IMG/VR virus record: IMGVR_UViG_3300042567_001401
Span: 1 to 59,636 of that record
Reading direction: 5' to 3' (one strand)
DNA from: a virus
Lineage: Duplodnaviria > Caudoviricetes
DNA length: 59,636 nucleotides
Part shown: positions 7,227-19,200 of the stretch, one piece after another
Numbering within the stretch: the first letter of the stretch is position 1
Layout of the letters: the number at the start of each line of letters is the position of its first letter
Notes under the pieces: generated by a model
Told to the model about the DNA's origin: nothing
The model's database searches: none
The model's input: the letters and a program-made list of their open reading frames with translations, nothing else
Made by a program: the position numbers and the translations under genes

Positions 7227-10200
7227 ATGTCTGACACTGGTGACTCAACAACACGAATAGGTATAGATGCATCGGTTACTGGTGCTGAATCCGTTGCAGG
7301 TTTAACAACCAATGTTGTTGCATTATCCCAGCAATTAGTTAACCTTTCTCAAAGCGCTACACGCAGTTTTTCAATTCAAGACAGTCTAAATAAAGCATTA
7401 GACAGAACAAGGCTTAGCACAGGTTTAGTGCATAACGCTCTTGCTGAATATCGTAAAAGTCAAGTTCTAACAAATAGAGTCGTAGAGCAAGCTACTCAGC
7501 AATTAAATGCACTTTCGGCAGCTCAAGCAAGAGTTGCGGCTAGTGGTAAGACAATGTCTCCAGCGCTTTCAGCGTCATATAGACAAGCTAATAGTCATCT
7601 AACTTCTGTTGTTTCTTCCGCTGACGCATTGAATAGAGTTTTGAAAACAAACGCTATTGAGAAGTTTGGTCAAAAACTTCAAGCTTCTGGGCAAATAGCC
7701 CAAAGGACATCATACTACTTTGCGGCTGCAACTGCGCCTTTGTTGATGTCATTAAGAAGCGCTTTCTTTTCTTATGCAAGATTAGACCAGGAAACAAGAA
7801 GATTAACTAAGCTTATTGCTGATGAATTCGGAACTGGTGCTGAAGCTATTGAAAAGGCAAGTGACAAGGTTAGAATTTTAGGCTATGAGCTAGACAAGAT
7901 TACGGCAAAGTATGGTACATCCAGAGTTCTTGTTCAATCTCTTGCTGGTGACTTTGCTGAATTAGGTGTTCCAGACACTGCAATTGTTAGATTGACAGAG
8001 TTCACTGCCGCAGTGGAGAAGTTGGGTAATCTTGATATTACTCAGTCTCAAAACTTTATTCAATCAATCTATCAAAATATTTTGAGAGTTAGAAGAGACA
8101 TGGCTGCGGCTGAAGGCTACAGTCTTGACTTGTCTAGCCCTAAGATGATGGGGCAGATTTTGAGTGAAGTGCAAGGACAACTTGCTCTTTTCAACATGGT
8201 TGAAAACAAAACAACATTGTCATTGAAAGACCTCGCTGATGCTTTCCCTGAAGTATCAGCAGCCGCTACTACATTCGGTTTGTCAATGACTGAGACAGCC
8301 GCAATGTTGGCTCCAATGGTTGCTGCTGGGTTCCAGGTTGGTGCTTCGGCTAACTCTATCAAGGTGTCATTGCAGAGAATGGTTGCCATGACTAAACAAA
8401 ATACGCAAATTATTCAAGGACTAAATCAAGCTCTCGGTGATGATTTTAACTATGCAGCAGGTGTTGGAATGGAAAATATTCAACAACTTGTTGATGGTTT
8501 TAATAATCTCTTAAGTATTAAAGGCGAGCAAGGAACATTGGAATTCTTTGCAAGACTGTTCGGTGTTCGTCAAGGTCCAAGAATGGAAACTTCAATTCGG
8601 CAATTGGCTGTGTTTCAAAAAGCTCTTGACAATACATCAACAGCGGAAGGAAAAATTGCCGCTCAATTGGAATCTAGTATCAATGCACGCCTAACAGCGC
8701 ATGGTTATGAAGCTGTTTCAGTAAAGAAAATTGTTGATCTAGCCAATGTCCATAGACAAGCTACCCAAGAAGTTAATGGTGAATATACAATTCAAGCTCG
8801 TCTGGTGCAGCAAGGGCAGAAAGATGCAGACGCTGCCCTAAGAGGAGCATACACAGACACTGCTGATTATTTGTCCAAAGTAGGTACTGAGGCTGGAAAG
8901 ATTTTCTTTACCGAAGCTGTCGGTGGAGTTGCGGCGGCTTCAATCCAGATGGAACAAGAATTGGGGTTGGCTGTTGATTCAGTAGCTGTTAAGTTTAATA
9001 AGCTGAAAGAAGCAATGCTGCAGATAGGAAGAGCGCTTGCACCAATCGTTGATAAAGTAATTGGCGCAATACTCCCAGTGATACAGGGCATTGGGGATTT
9101 CTTAAAGAAGCTTTCTCCTTTTACTCAAAAAATTATAGGCTTTTTAGCTTTTACTTTAATACTGATACCGCAAATTAGATTACTTGCTGCAACATTCAAA
9201 ATGGCTTTTGGCGGCATTATTGGCTCGCTAGGCAAAATGCTTAATGCAGCAGATGGTCTTGGTGCAACATTGAAAGGTGTTCGTGCTACAAGCGTGTCGC
9301 TTGCTCAAATATTGGAAAACCCAAACATAACTAAAGGTTACAATAAGTTAACTCAAATGACTGATGGTCAATTCTTGCTTCAACAGGACAAGAACGCACC
9401 AGGGTATTCAAATAAATTTTTGGGCAGAAGAAAAATGCGACCAACGGATCTTTCTGGTGTGTCTCAGCCAGTAAAGGAACTTTTTGAAAATAAAGGAGTA
9501 GTTGGTCCTACTGATAAAACATCAATTAAGACATTACTTGGAAAATCAACAAAGCTTGGATTGCCTAATACTGACGAACTGATTAGATCAATGCTTACAG
9601 ATATGGGAACAATCCCTGAGAAGATTGCTGAATCAACTGCAAAAGCAACAGAGAAAGCTGCTACAAGTACAGCGGATAAAATAACAAAAGGTTTGAAAGG
9701 TTCTATCTTCCAAAATAACACATTTATTGGAAACAAGTTTGGAGGCGGAACTTCTGGTCCTGGCGGTACTGGAACTGGACCACGCACTCCAAAAACTCCA
9801 GCAACAGGTGGAACACCAACTGTTCCTCGTACCGCAGTTCCTATGTCAGCGACTCCATCTGCTCCAGCAGCGCCAAGTCGTTATCTCACAGACCCAAGAT
9901 TTGATCAAGCAAGCACGAGAAAGATATCAATTCCATCAGCAAAGAATGTAGCAAAAGCCGCAACTATTGGTGCACCTATTGCGGCAAGTGTTGAAAGAGT
10001 GGCTGCTGAGGCTAAGGCGCAGCTAGATGCGTTGGGTGTTACTGTTCAAGAAGAAGTCGCAAAAGCTACTGAAGTTGTTAAGGAAGCTACTAAGCCAAAA
10101 GGAAAGTCACCTCGTGGTTCACCAAAGAAAGTAAAGACAACAGTTGAAAAAGCTGTTGGTGAGGCTGTTAGTGCAGCAACTGCCCCTGTAGCAGAGGCAG

Positions 10201-13200
10201 TTGAAGCAGTAACAGAAGCATCAACTGAAACTCCTAAAAAAGTTGAAAAGGCTGTCAAGGAAGTAAAGAACAAAGCTGCTGCACCAAAGGGTGGTGCAAG
10301 AAAAGTCAAGGCAAAAGTTGAAAAGGTTGTATCTGAAGCTGTCGTTGCAGCAGTAGCGCCAATTGAAGAGACTGTATCTTCAGTAGCACAAGCCGCAACT
10401 GAAACTCCTAAGAAAGTTGAAAAAGCGGTTAAGGGAGTAAAGAGCAAAGCTACAACGCCAAAGGGTGGTGCTAAAAAAGCAGCAAAATCTGTAAAGAAAA
10501 TTACTGAGCAAGCAGTTGCTGCAGTAGAGAGTACTGTTGCTGGAGTTGCTGAAGTTGTTGATAACTCTGCAGCTGCTCAGGCTGCAGTTGAAAAAGCAAC
10601 AAGTCAAGTTGGCAAAGCTACAAAGGTTGCTTCAAAAGTAGCAAAAGCTCCAACTGGACAAGCTGCTGTTGTAAAACTTTCGTATAAAGAAATTGCTAAA
10701 TTCTTTGATGATGCTGGACAAACAATTCCAGCTGAATATGAATTTATTAGAACTACTAATAAAGAAGTTGAGTTAACTAAGAGAGCGAAAAATCAATTCT
10801 TCCAAAATCTTACAAAGCAATTTGAAAAAGGCACCGCTTCACCTCTCGGATCGTTGAGTCGCTCTAGAGGCAAACCAATATACAAATTATTTGATAAGCA
10901 AGTTGACGCTCAAAAAGATGCTTACAAATCTCTTGTTGATGAGCTTCTTCTTGATAGAAGATCGCTAGAGCAATCGGCAAAGGTAAGAGATCAGATATCA
11001 GCAACAATGTCGCAAATGCTGCAAAAAGGTGACGGTACTCCAGGAGTTAAGCCATCTGGTGTATCAAAATCCGCCCGTAAGAGAATTGCTGCAGAAACAA
11101 AGAGAGCACAAGAAGCAGTTGTAGCAATGAATGCAGTGGAAGCATTGAAGCTTGACGCAATGCCAGGCGTAACCCCGCCTCCTGGTGTTGAAGAGGTATA
11201 TACAACAAGACCTAAAGCTGAAATTGCAGCAATAGAGGAAAAATTAGCTGAAGCAAAAGCAAATTTGGAAGTTGCGAAAAAAGGAAGCACTGATGTAGCT
11301 AATCAACTTGTTGATGGTTATAATAAAGAAATAGCTGATCTTAAAGAAGAATTGGTGCTGGCTAGATCTGCAATTAATGAAAAAATAATCCCTGCATCAC
11401 CAGCAACATCTCAACTACTAAATGCTCAAAATGATTTGATGCGGAATGAAGCCCCACTTCAGAACCTAACTAGTGGTAGAACACCAGGGGGAGTTGGGAT
11501 TGGACCAGATAATCCAGTTAGATATGCAAATACATTCTCAGATCGTGTTGGTAATATGCCAAGAGTTGTATCTGGTCCAAAAAGTGTATACAATCCAGTT
11601 GTTCTGAACCCAGATATCAGGGCAAAAATATTACATGATCTTGAAATAGAAAAATTAAGTCAAAAATTAATTGATTCTACTGACGCAAATATTGCAAGAG
11701 ATTTGAAATCTCACATGGTTGATTTGGAAGATCAATTTGAAGGCAAGCCAAAAGCTGCTCTTAAAAAAGCAGCCGCTAGGCAAATGGCTGAAAACATGGG
11801 AGTTGACTTAACCAAATACCTCCCGACATCTGATCAGTTTGACCCAGCTGCTGAAGCCGCAATATTGAAAAATAAAAAAGTTGTTGATGGCGTAACAAGT
11901 TTTTATAAAGGAATAGAGAATGGCGGTGACGAGCTTGTAGCGGAACTTGCATCTATGAAAACAGATGTTTCTCCTGCAAAAATTTCGGCTAGAGAAAAGC
12001 TTGCAAAGGCTTTTGCAAAACAAAGAGAAGCGTTAATTCCTTCTGACTCTGGCGGTAGAACTGCACAACCAATTAGAAAAATAATTTCTGGTGGAATGGG
12101 CAAGGCTAAAGCTGGTGTTGTTACAGTTGGAAAGTTAATTGAAGACTCTATTAATGAAACAGTAAACGCACTTCCTGCTTCTATTTCTGATGCTAAAAGA
12201 CAATTAATTAGAGCTACGGCGATAGCGGTAGCTTCGTCACAACCAGGAGCTGCAGTTGGCGAGGCTCTCCAAGGTGGTCTTAAATTAGTAGACCAAGAAT
12301 TAACAGCATCCCAAGCTAAAGTCGTAAAGGGCAGACTTGACTTGATGAGAAAACAAGTTCTTGATTTGATGGGCAAAGATGTTGCTGGTTTTAAAACAGC
12401 AACTATAACTGACAGTAAGGGTAAAATAACAAAATTTGTATCAGACGCTAAATCTAAAGCTGGCGTTCTCCTGAACAAGCTTGCAAAAGGAACTGCTCTA
12501 TCGGTAAGTGATTTAGGGAAAGCTGTAGAGGGTGTTTTTGTTGATTCTATGGGAGCTGCATCTTATGCAGTAACTCAAGTTGAAAAAACAAAGAAAGGTT
12601 TTAGAGGTTTCCAATTTAAAGATCTGAATGCTCGTGTTAGAGAGGTTCTTGACGCAAGAGTAGCGGCTGGAACTAAAGCTCAAGCTAGCGCCGCAAATGT
12701 TGGTAGTGGTACTGCTGTTGGCAATCGTGCTGCAGAAAGACAAGCCGCAAAGGAAGCTCAAAAAGTTGCTCAACAAAAGAGTAAGGAAGAAGCGGATCAA
12801 ATTGTAAGAGACATCCAAGCTAGAAAAGCTGGGACTGCTGCAGCAGAAGTTAAAAAAGAAGCTACGGTTGCTGAAACTGCGGCTACAAAAGTTGAAACTG
12901 AATCTAAGGTTAAAAACACAACCGCTACTGAAGTTGAAGCTGCAGCTAAAACAGAGGCTACAGTTGTAGAGAAAGCCGAAACAGCTTCTACAACAAAACT
13001 TACTGGTGCAAAAGAGGTTTTGACTGGGGCAACGGCAAAGGGAGTAACTGCGGCTACTGTTGATGAGCAAATTACAAAAGCGCTGGGTAAAGCTAAAGTA
13101 GCTCAAATTGCTAAACTAGAAAGCCAAATCGCAACAATGACTGCAGAGCAACTTGCGTCTGCAAATGGTGTAAAAGTTCAAGCCGCTCAAAAAGATCTAA

Positions 13201-16200
13201 AGACAAAATTAAATACTCTTGTAAAAGCACAAACTGAAGCAGCTGCTGCTCAAGCAAATGCTGAGGAGCTAGGTCGTGCTTCAACAAGCAGACTGAAGAC
13301 AGCAAAAGAAAAGCTTGCGTCAGCAACACAGAACGCAAAAATTGCAACAGAGAAACTGGCTAAGGCTGTAGTTGCTGCATCTACAGATGTTGCTGCAGTA
13401 GCGCCAGCACTAACAGGTGCTGCATCTAGTGCGGCTTCTGGTGCTGGTGCAGGGTCAGCTGGTACACCTAAAGCTCCAAGAACACCAAGACCAAGAACCC
13501 CTGCTGCTGCAATTCCTGCGTCTGCTAGTGGTGGTAGTGCAATTGTTAAAGCAATTGAAAAGCAGACATTGCAGTTTGATAGCTCACTTGCCAATTTCTT
13601 TAAAGGACCAAACTTCTTCCAGGGTCCAAACATCTTCCAAGGGAAATTAATTAGTGCGGATAAGTTAAATCTTAAGATTAAAGATTCTGCAAAGGTCGCT
13701 AAGGATGCAGCCAAGGCTCTTCCTGCCACCGACCCGTTAGTTGTCAAAGCAAAAGCTAGGCAGAATTATAAGACATTAAAAGACAGAATTGAATCAAGAA
13801 CTGGTGTCCCTCTTTCTGATGAAAGACTTGACAGGCTTAAGAGATTAACTGGTGTAAAAACACCAACAAGTATTCCTGCTGTAATGGAAGATGCTAGAGC
13901 AGATAGGGCAGCAACAAGAGCGGCAGATATTCGTGCTCGTGTTTTGAGCAGTGTTGCTGCATCAAGAGCAGCTACTGCTTCGTCTGGAGCAAAAGCTGCA
14001 TTCAAAGATATGGACATGTCTAGTCTTGACAAAGTTAAGAGCAAGCTAAGTTCATTTAATAAGATGATAACTGGCTCAATTGCTGGTGGATTTAATAAAG
14101 GCTTCTCGCTTGCTGGTAATGGCTTAACAAGATTTGCACAGTTGTATGTCAAGACAATGCTAAGCACAGTTGCCTCTGGTACTGACATGTCAATGAAAGT
14201 TGCTAAGTCAATGACATACCTATTGTCTGGTGGAAGAAAGATTATTGATGAAACTGGTCTCTTAGGAAGAGCTTTTAAAACACTTGCTGTCATCAATAGA
14301 ATGTCAATGAATTCAATAAAAACAAGCGCAGTAGAGACTGCATTTGTTATGAGAGCACTCGGCACAGTTGTTAAGAGTGAAGTAGCCCCAGCTTTTTCAA
14401 CAATGATTGCTTCATTAAGAAATAGTAAAATTATAAAAGCATGGACTTTCCTTCTATTTACTGGAATGAACAAAGTTACTGGGGCGCTAAGAGCCGCTAG
14501 CGCTGCAGCTGGTTTGTTCACATCTCATACAACAAGAATGAAAGCGGTTGGAGTTGCACTTGACGCTGTTGCTAAGAAGAGAGTAGCCGCTGGTCTTGCA
14601 GAAACAATCCCTCTCTTCCAAAGACTCATTATTCAGGCAAGTGCTTACACTGGTGTTGGAAGAGGTTTACGAGCAATGTTCGCAAGCGTTACTAAAACAA
14701 TGTTCTCTGCTTTGACAATGGCTATTAAATTAAAATTTGCAATGCTGCTGATAGCTCCTGTATTTATTCTTATAGCTGGCTTTATCATGTCCATGAAATC
14801 AGGTTTGGTTAAGAATAATGCAGCAATTGAAAACTTTAGAAATGCATGGGTTGCTATAAGAGAAGCAATCATAACTTTGTCAAAACCATTAATGGAGATG
14901 ATTGGTAAATTTGGCGGTTTGGGCAAGGCAAGTAATGGCGCTAACGCTGTGTCTGGAGCTCTGCACACTTTGTCAAGACTTGTAAAATATGTAGCAGATG
15001 CCTTTAGTAGGTTTGCTAAAGGTCCAGGCATGAGATACATGCAGGAAGTAATTGTTCCTGTGTTAACAAGAATGATCAATAGATTTATTCTTTTAGGAAG
15101 AACTATTGCAGGCGTATTTAGAGGCGATGCCTCGGCTATTAAGAATTTCAAAGGTCTATTATTGTCACTTGCCTATGAAGCGTTTAATTCACTACAAAAA
15201 TTATTTGGGTTCTTAGCTAATTTGCTTCCAAAACTTGGACCACTTTTGTCTTCTATGATTGAAGCGGTTCTGAATGCAACAATTGATGCATTTATGTACA
15301 TAATGAATTTCGGAAAAGAAGTAGCATTGTTCTTTGGATCAATGATGATCGGTATAGGTGGAGTTCTTGCTCTCTTCACTGGACCTATGGGAGCGGGTGT
15401 AGCCGCTATGGGTGCAGGGCTCATAGCAGCCGCTGGTGCCGCACATCTTCTTGATAAAAATATTGGAAGAGTTAAATCTGGAGTTAAAGGTATTTCTACA
15501 ACTATCGGCACCAGTATAGCTCAAGGGTTGGGTAGTGCTGCTGGCTTTATAGAAGAAAATATATTTGGGAAGATAAAGAAAGCTGTCGCTAGAAAGTATG
15601 GAGAAGAGATTGGTGCTGATGTTAATGCTGCACTGGCATCGCAATTATCAGACCCTGCAGATGTTAAGAAAGCATTAAACGACACACTGGGCGGTGCGGG
15701 TAAGAACGCCCCAGGTGCGAAGGCGGCTGGTGAATCCCTAGGTGAAGCAATAGCTAAGGGCATAAAGGACAAGCTTATTTCAATGAAGGAAGACTGGACT
15801 GGTTCTTTCTTTGGAAAGGCTGATGACCAAATAGGCAAGATTACAGAAAATTATAAAGAAGCTATTGATAAGCAAAAAGAAGAAGCGATGAAAGCTTTTG
15901 ACACGCAAATTTCTGCAATTGAAGCCCTCGGCAAAGCCGAAGAAGAATTAACGGCAAAAATGGATTATGAAGAGAAGCGCCGTGAAATGATTCGTTCTAG
16001 ATCTCTTGATAAAGAGAACTACTTGAGAGAAAGGAAGATAGCTAAGTACGAAGGTCGTACTGAAGATGTTCGCTCCCTTGATCTTTCATTTAGAAAATCA
16101 GACCAAGCCGCTGGCAAGGATATCACCAATTTAGATACTGAAAGGGCAAAGACGCTTCAGGAGCAACAGAGATCAATTGCTATTGCAGTTATTAATCGTG

Positions 16201-19200
16201 AAAAAGATGTCATGGCTAAATCATTTGATGAAATGCAAAAGCAATTTGATATTAACCTTGAAAAGATTTTGAACAAGGGTTTCTCAACAAAAGAAGAGTT
16301 TAGTGCTCTGCTAGGTGAAATTGGCGGGGCTGTTCAAGGTTTCTCTGGAGAAATAAACAAAACATTTGAAGCTGCAATGACATCACTCCCTTCAATAATT
16401 AGGAATTCAACCGATCCATCAGTAGGAATGTTTAGCATGACAATGCAGAAGCTAGTTGATCAGGCAAAGATGTCCTTTGGAGCAGATATAAGAACTGGTG
16501 ATGCAAGTTCAATTCTTGGCTCTGCTTATGCAATGGCAAATGGTATGCCAGATGCATTTAAGCAAGCATTTAGTGAAGGTGTAATTTCTGAATCAGTTAC
16601 TCCGTTTATAACAAAAATTTCAACAATCATGGGCGGACTGAATGTAGACGCTATTTGGATTGAAGCAGGCAGGTCAGCTACTGAAGCGATGATTGGCGAA
16701 ATGAAGCGCAAGCTTCGTGCTCTAAAGGGCGATCTTTATGATGAGTTTAAAACATTGTTTGCTGGGATGGGTGCTGAATACAATAAGCTTTTCCCAGAGC
16801 TTGAGGATCTTGCGAAAAAAATTGCAAGAATAGAAGCAATTAGATCACAATCTGGCGGTGGCGGTGGTGACTCTGGATCAAAAGGCGGCGGAAGCGGTTA
16901 TGACAGTTTGGGCAAGGAAGTAATCAGTGTTAAATATGGAGAACACCTAGCGAGAAAGCCTGTTGAAGATATTAGCTCCGCTATGGACCCTAAGAGCTTC
17001 TCTTTCTTTGGAATGTTGATTGATGGCGCAAAGAATCTTGCAAAAGCACTCGGTCCTGTAAAAACAGCAATCCTCGGTGCTGTTGGCGTAATTGCAGGCT
17101 TTATGATGTTAAAAGGTCTATTTGTAATAATAACTGGAGCATTTGAAACATTAATGCTTGCTGCGATGTATGCCGTACAGCCTATTGGTGTTGCTCTGGC
17201 TGGGGTAAGCGCAGTTGGTCTTGCTATTGCTGCTGCAGTAGGAGTTGTAATCGGCGTTATTGTTTATATGTACATTAAGTTTAAATGGTTCAGAGATATG
17301 GTGAACGACACATTTAAGAGTGTAATTGATTTCTTTGTAACTGGTTTCCAAATGCTGAAAGAACCAGTATCTGGATTCCTCAGTGCAGTTTTTGATGGTG
17401 TTAAACAAATTCTTAGTTCATTGTTTGGACCAATTATTGATTTTGGCAAAAAAGTTGTAATGGGAATAGTCGGGGCAATTGCTGGAGTTGTTGTTGTAAT
17501 AGTTGGTGCACTTCGTGGAATAACAATGGTGTTTGATTTTATCAAAGTTCCACTATTTAAATTTATTGGATTCATAATAGACATGGCTTCTGGAATAGTA
17601 AGTGTTCTTGCAGATATTATTTCTGGAGCAATTGACTTTATTTACAAGATCATCGGAGCGCTCTTCACAGTTGGAATTGGCGGTCCAATCAAACTTATCA
17701 TTGAAGCATTCAAACTTGCATTTGACATTATTGTTGGAATAGTAACGATAGCTATTGATTTGATTGTTAAGGCGTTTGATTTCCTTAAGGGTCCACTATC
17801 TGGTCCTTTTGAAGTTGGTTTTGAAATTATTAAGGGAGTTTTTGACAAGATAAAGGATATTGTTTCTGGAGTAATTGATTTTATAAAAAATCTGTTTGGT
17901 GGTTTTGATTTTGGCGATATATCTGGTCCAATAATTACTCCATTTAAAGTTTCATTTGAATTCGTTAGAGATGTATTTGGAAAAATATTTGACATTGTTA
18001 AAGGTGTTTTTGAAAAAATAATTTCATTCATTGCGCCAGTTGGTGTAACTATAACAAATATTTTACTTGCACCGTTTAAGTTATTGTTTGATGTGTTTAA
18101 AGCTATTGCAAATAATCCAATAGTTGTTTTCTTTGCTCGCCTAGTGGCATTACTCGGACTGGTAGCTGCAATTGCTGCAACATGGACAATTAAAATTGTT
18201 CTTGAAAGCACATGGTTTGTTATTAAAAAAGTTGTTGGGGCGCTTATTGATCTTGGCAAGTTTATTGTTGGCGGTCTCGTAGATGCGTTTAATATAATTA
18301 AAGATGTAGCAATTAAGGCTTGGGACTTCATTTATGAGAAAGTTAAAGGCTTTATTGATTGGTGGCATGAGAACATTGGTTCACTCTGGCTAATATTTGT
18401 TGCGGCATTTGCAATTATATATGAAGCTGCGAAGTTTATTTTTAATTGGATGAAAGATACATTTGGTCCAGTACTTGCAAAAGTATGGGATGCATTTAAA
18501 GAAGCAGTTGATGTTGTTTTTGAACTGTTAAAAACATTTGGGTCATGGATTGGAAGTGTTTTCACTGCTGCTTGGGAAGGAATAAAGACAGTTGCTTCTG
18601 CTATATGGGGAGTTATCAGTGATGCGGTGAATATTGCTTGGGATGTTTTGAAGCAAGTTGCCTCATGGATTGGAACAGTGCTTTCAAAAGCTTGGGATAT
18701 AGCAGGTGTTGTTGGGAAAAAAGCTTTTGAAATTCTTGGCGGTGCAATTAATCTTGTTTGGGAAATTATTAAAAATGGTTGGAGTGTTGTACGAGTTATA
18801 TTTGAAAAGATCATTGATGTGCTGCAAAATCCATTAGCCGCTGCTTGGGGATTCATAAAGGGAGCTGTTGAATTAGTCTGGGGCACTATAACCGAAATGG
18901 TAGACGCTGTGCTTCCTCTTCTAGAAACTATTGGCAATGTTGTAAGAGGTGTTGTTAGTGGGGCGTGGGATATCCTATCAAAATCCATTAGCAAAGTTTG
19001 GGATATTATTAAATTTGGCTGGGATATGACCAAGCCAGTCTTTGATGGTTTCTGGAGCATTATCTGGCGAGTAATTGGTCCAGCAGTAACTGTTTTGGGC
19101 AAAATTTTTAGTTCCTTTTGGGATGGAATCAAAGCGGCGTGGGGATTCGTTAAGCCAATATTTGATGCAATGGTAGAAATTATTTCCAATGTCCTAAGTC

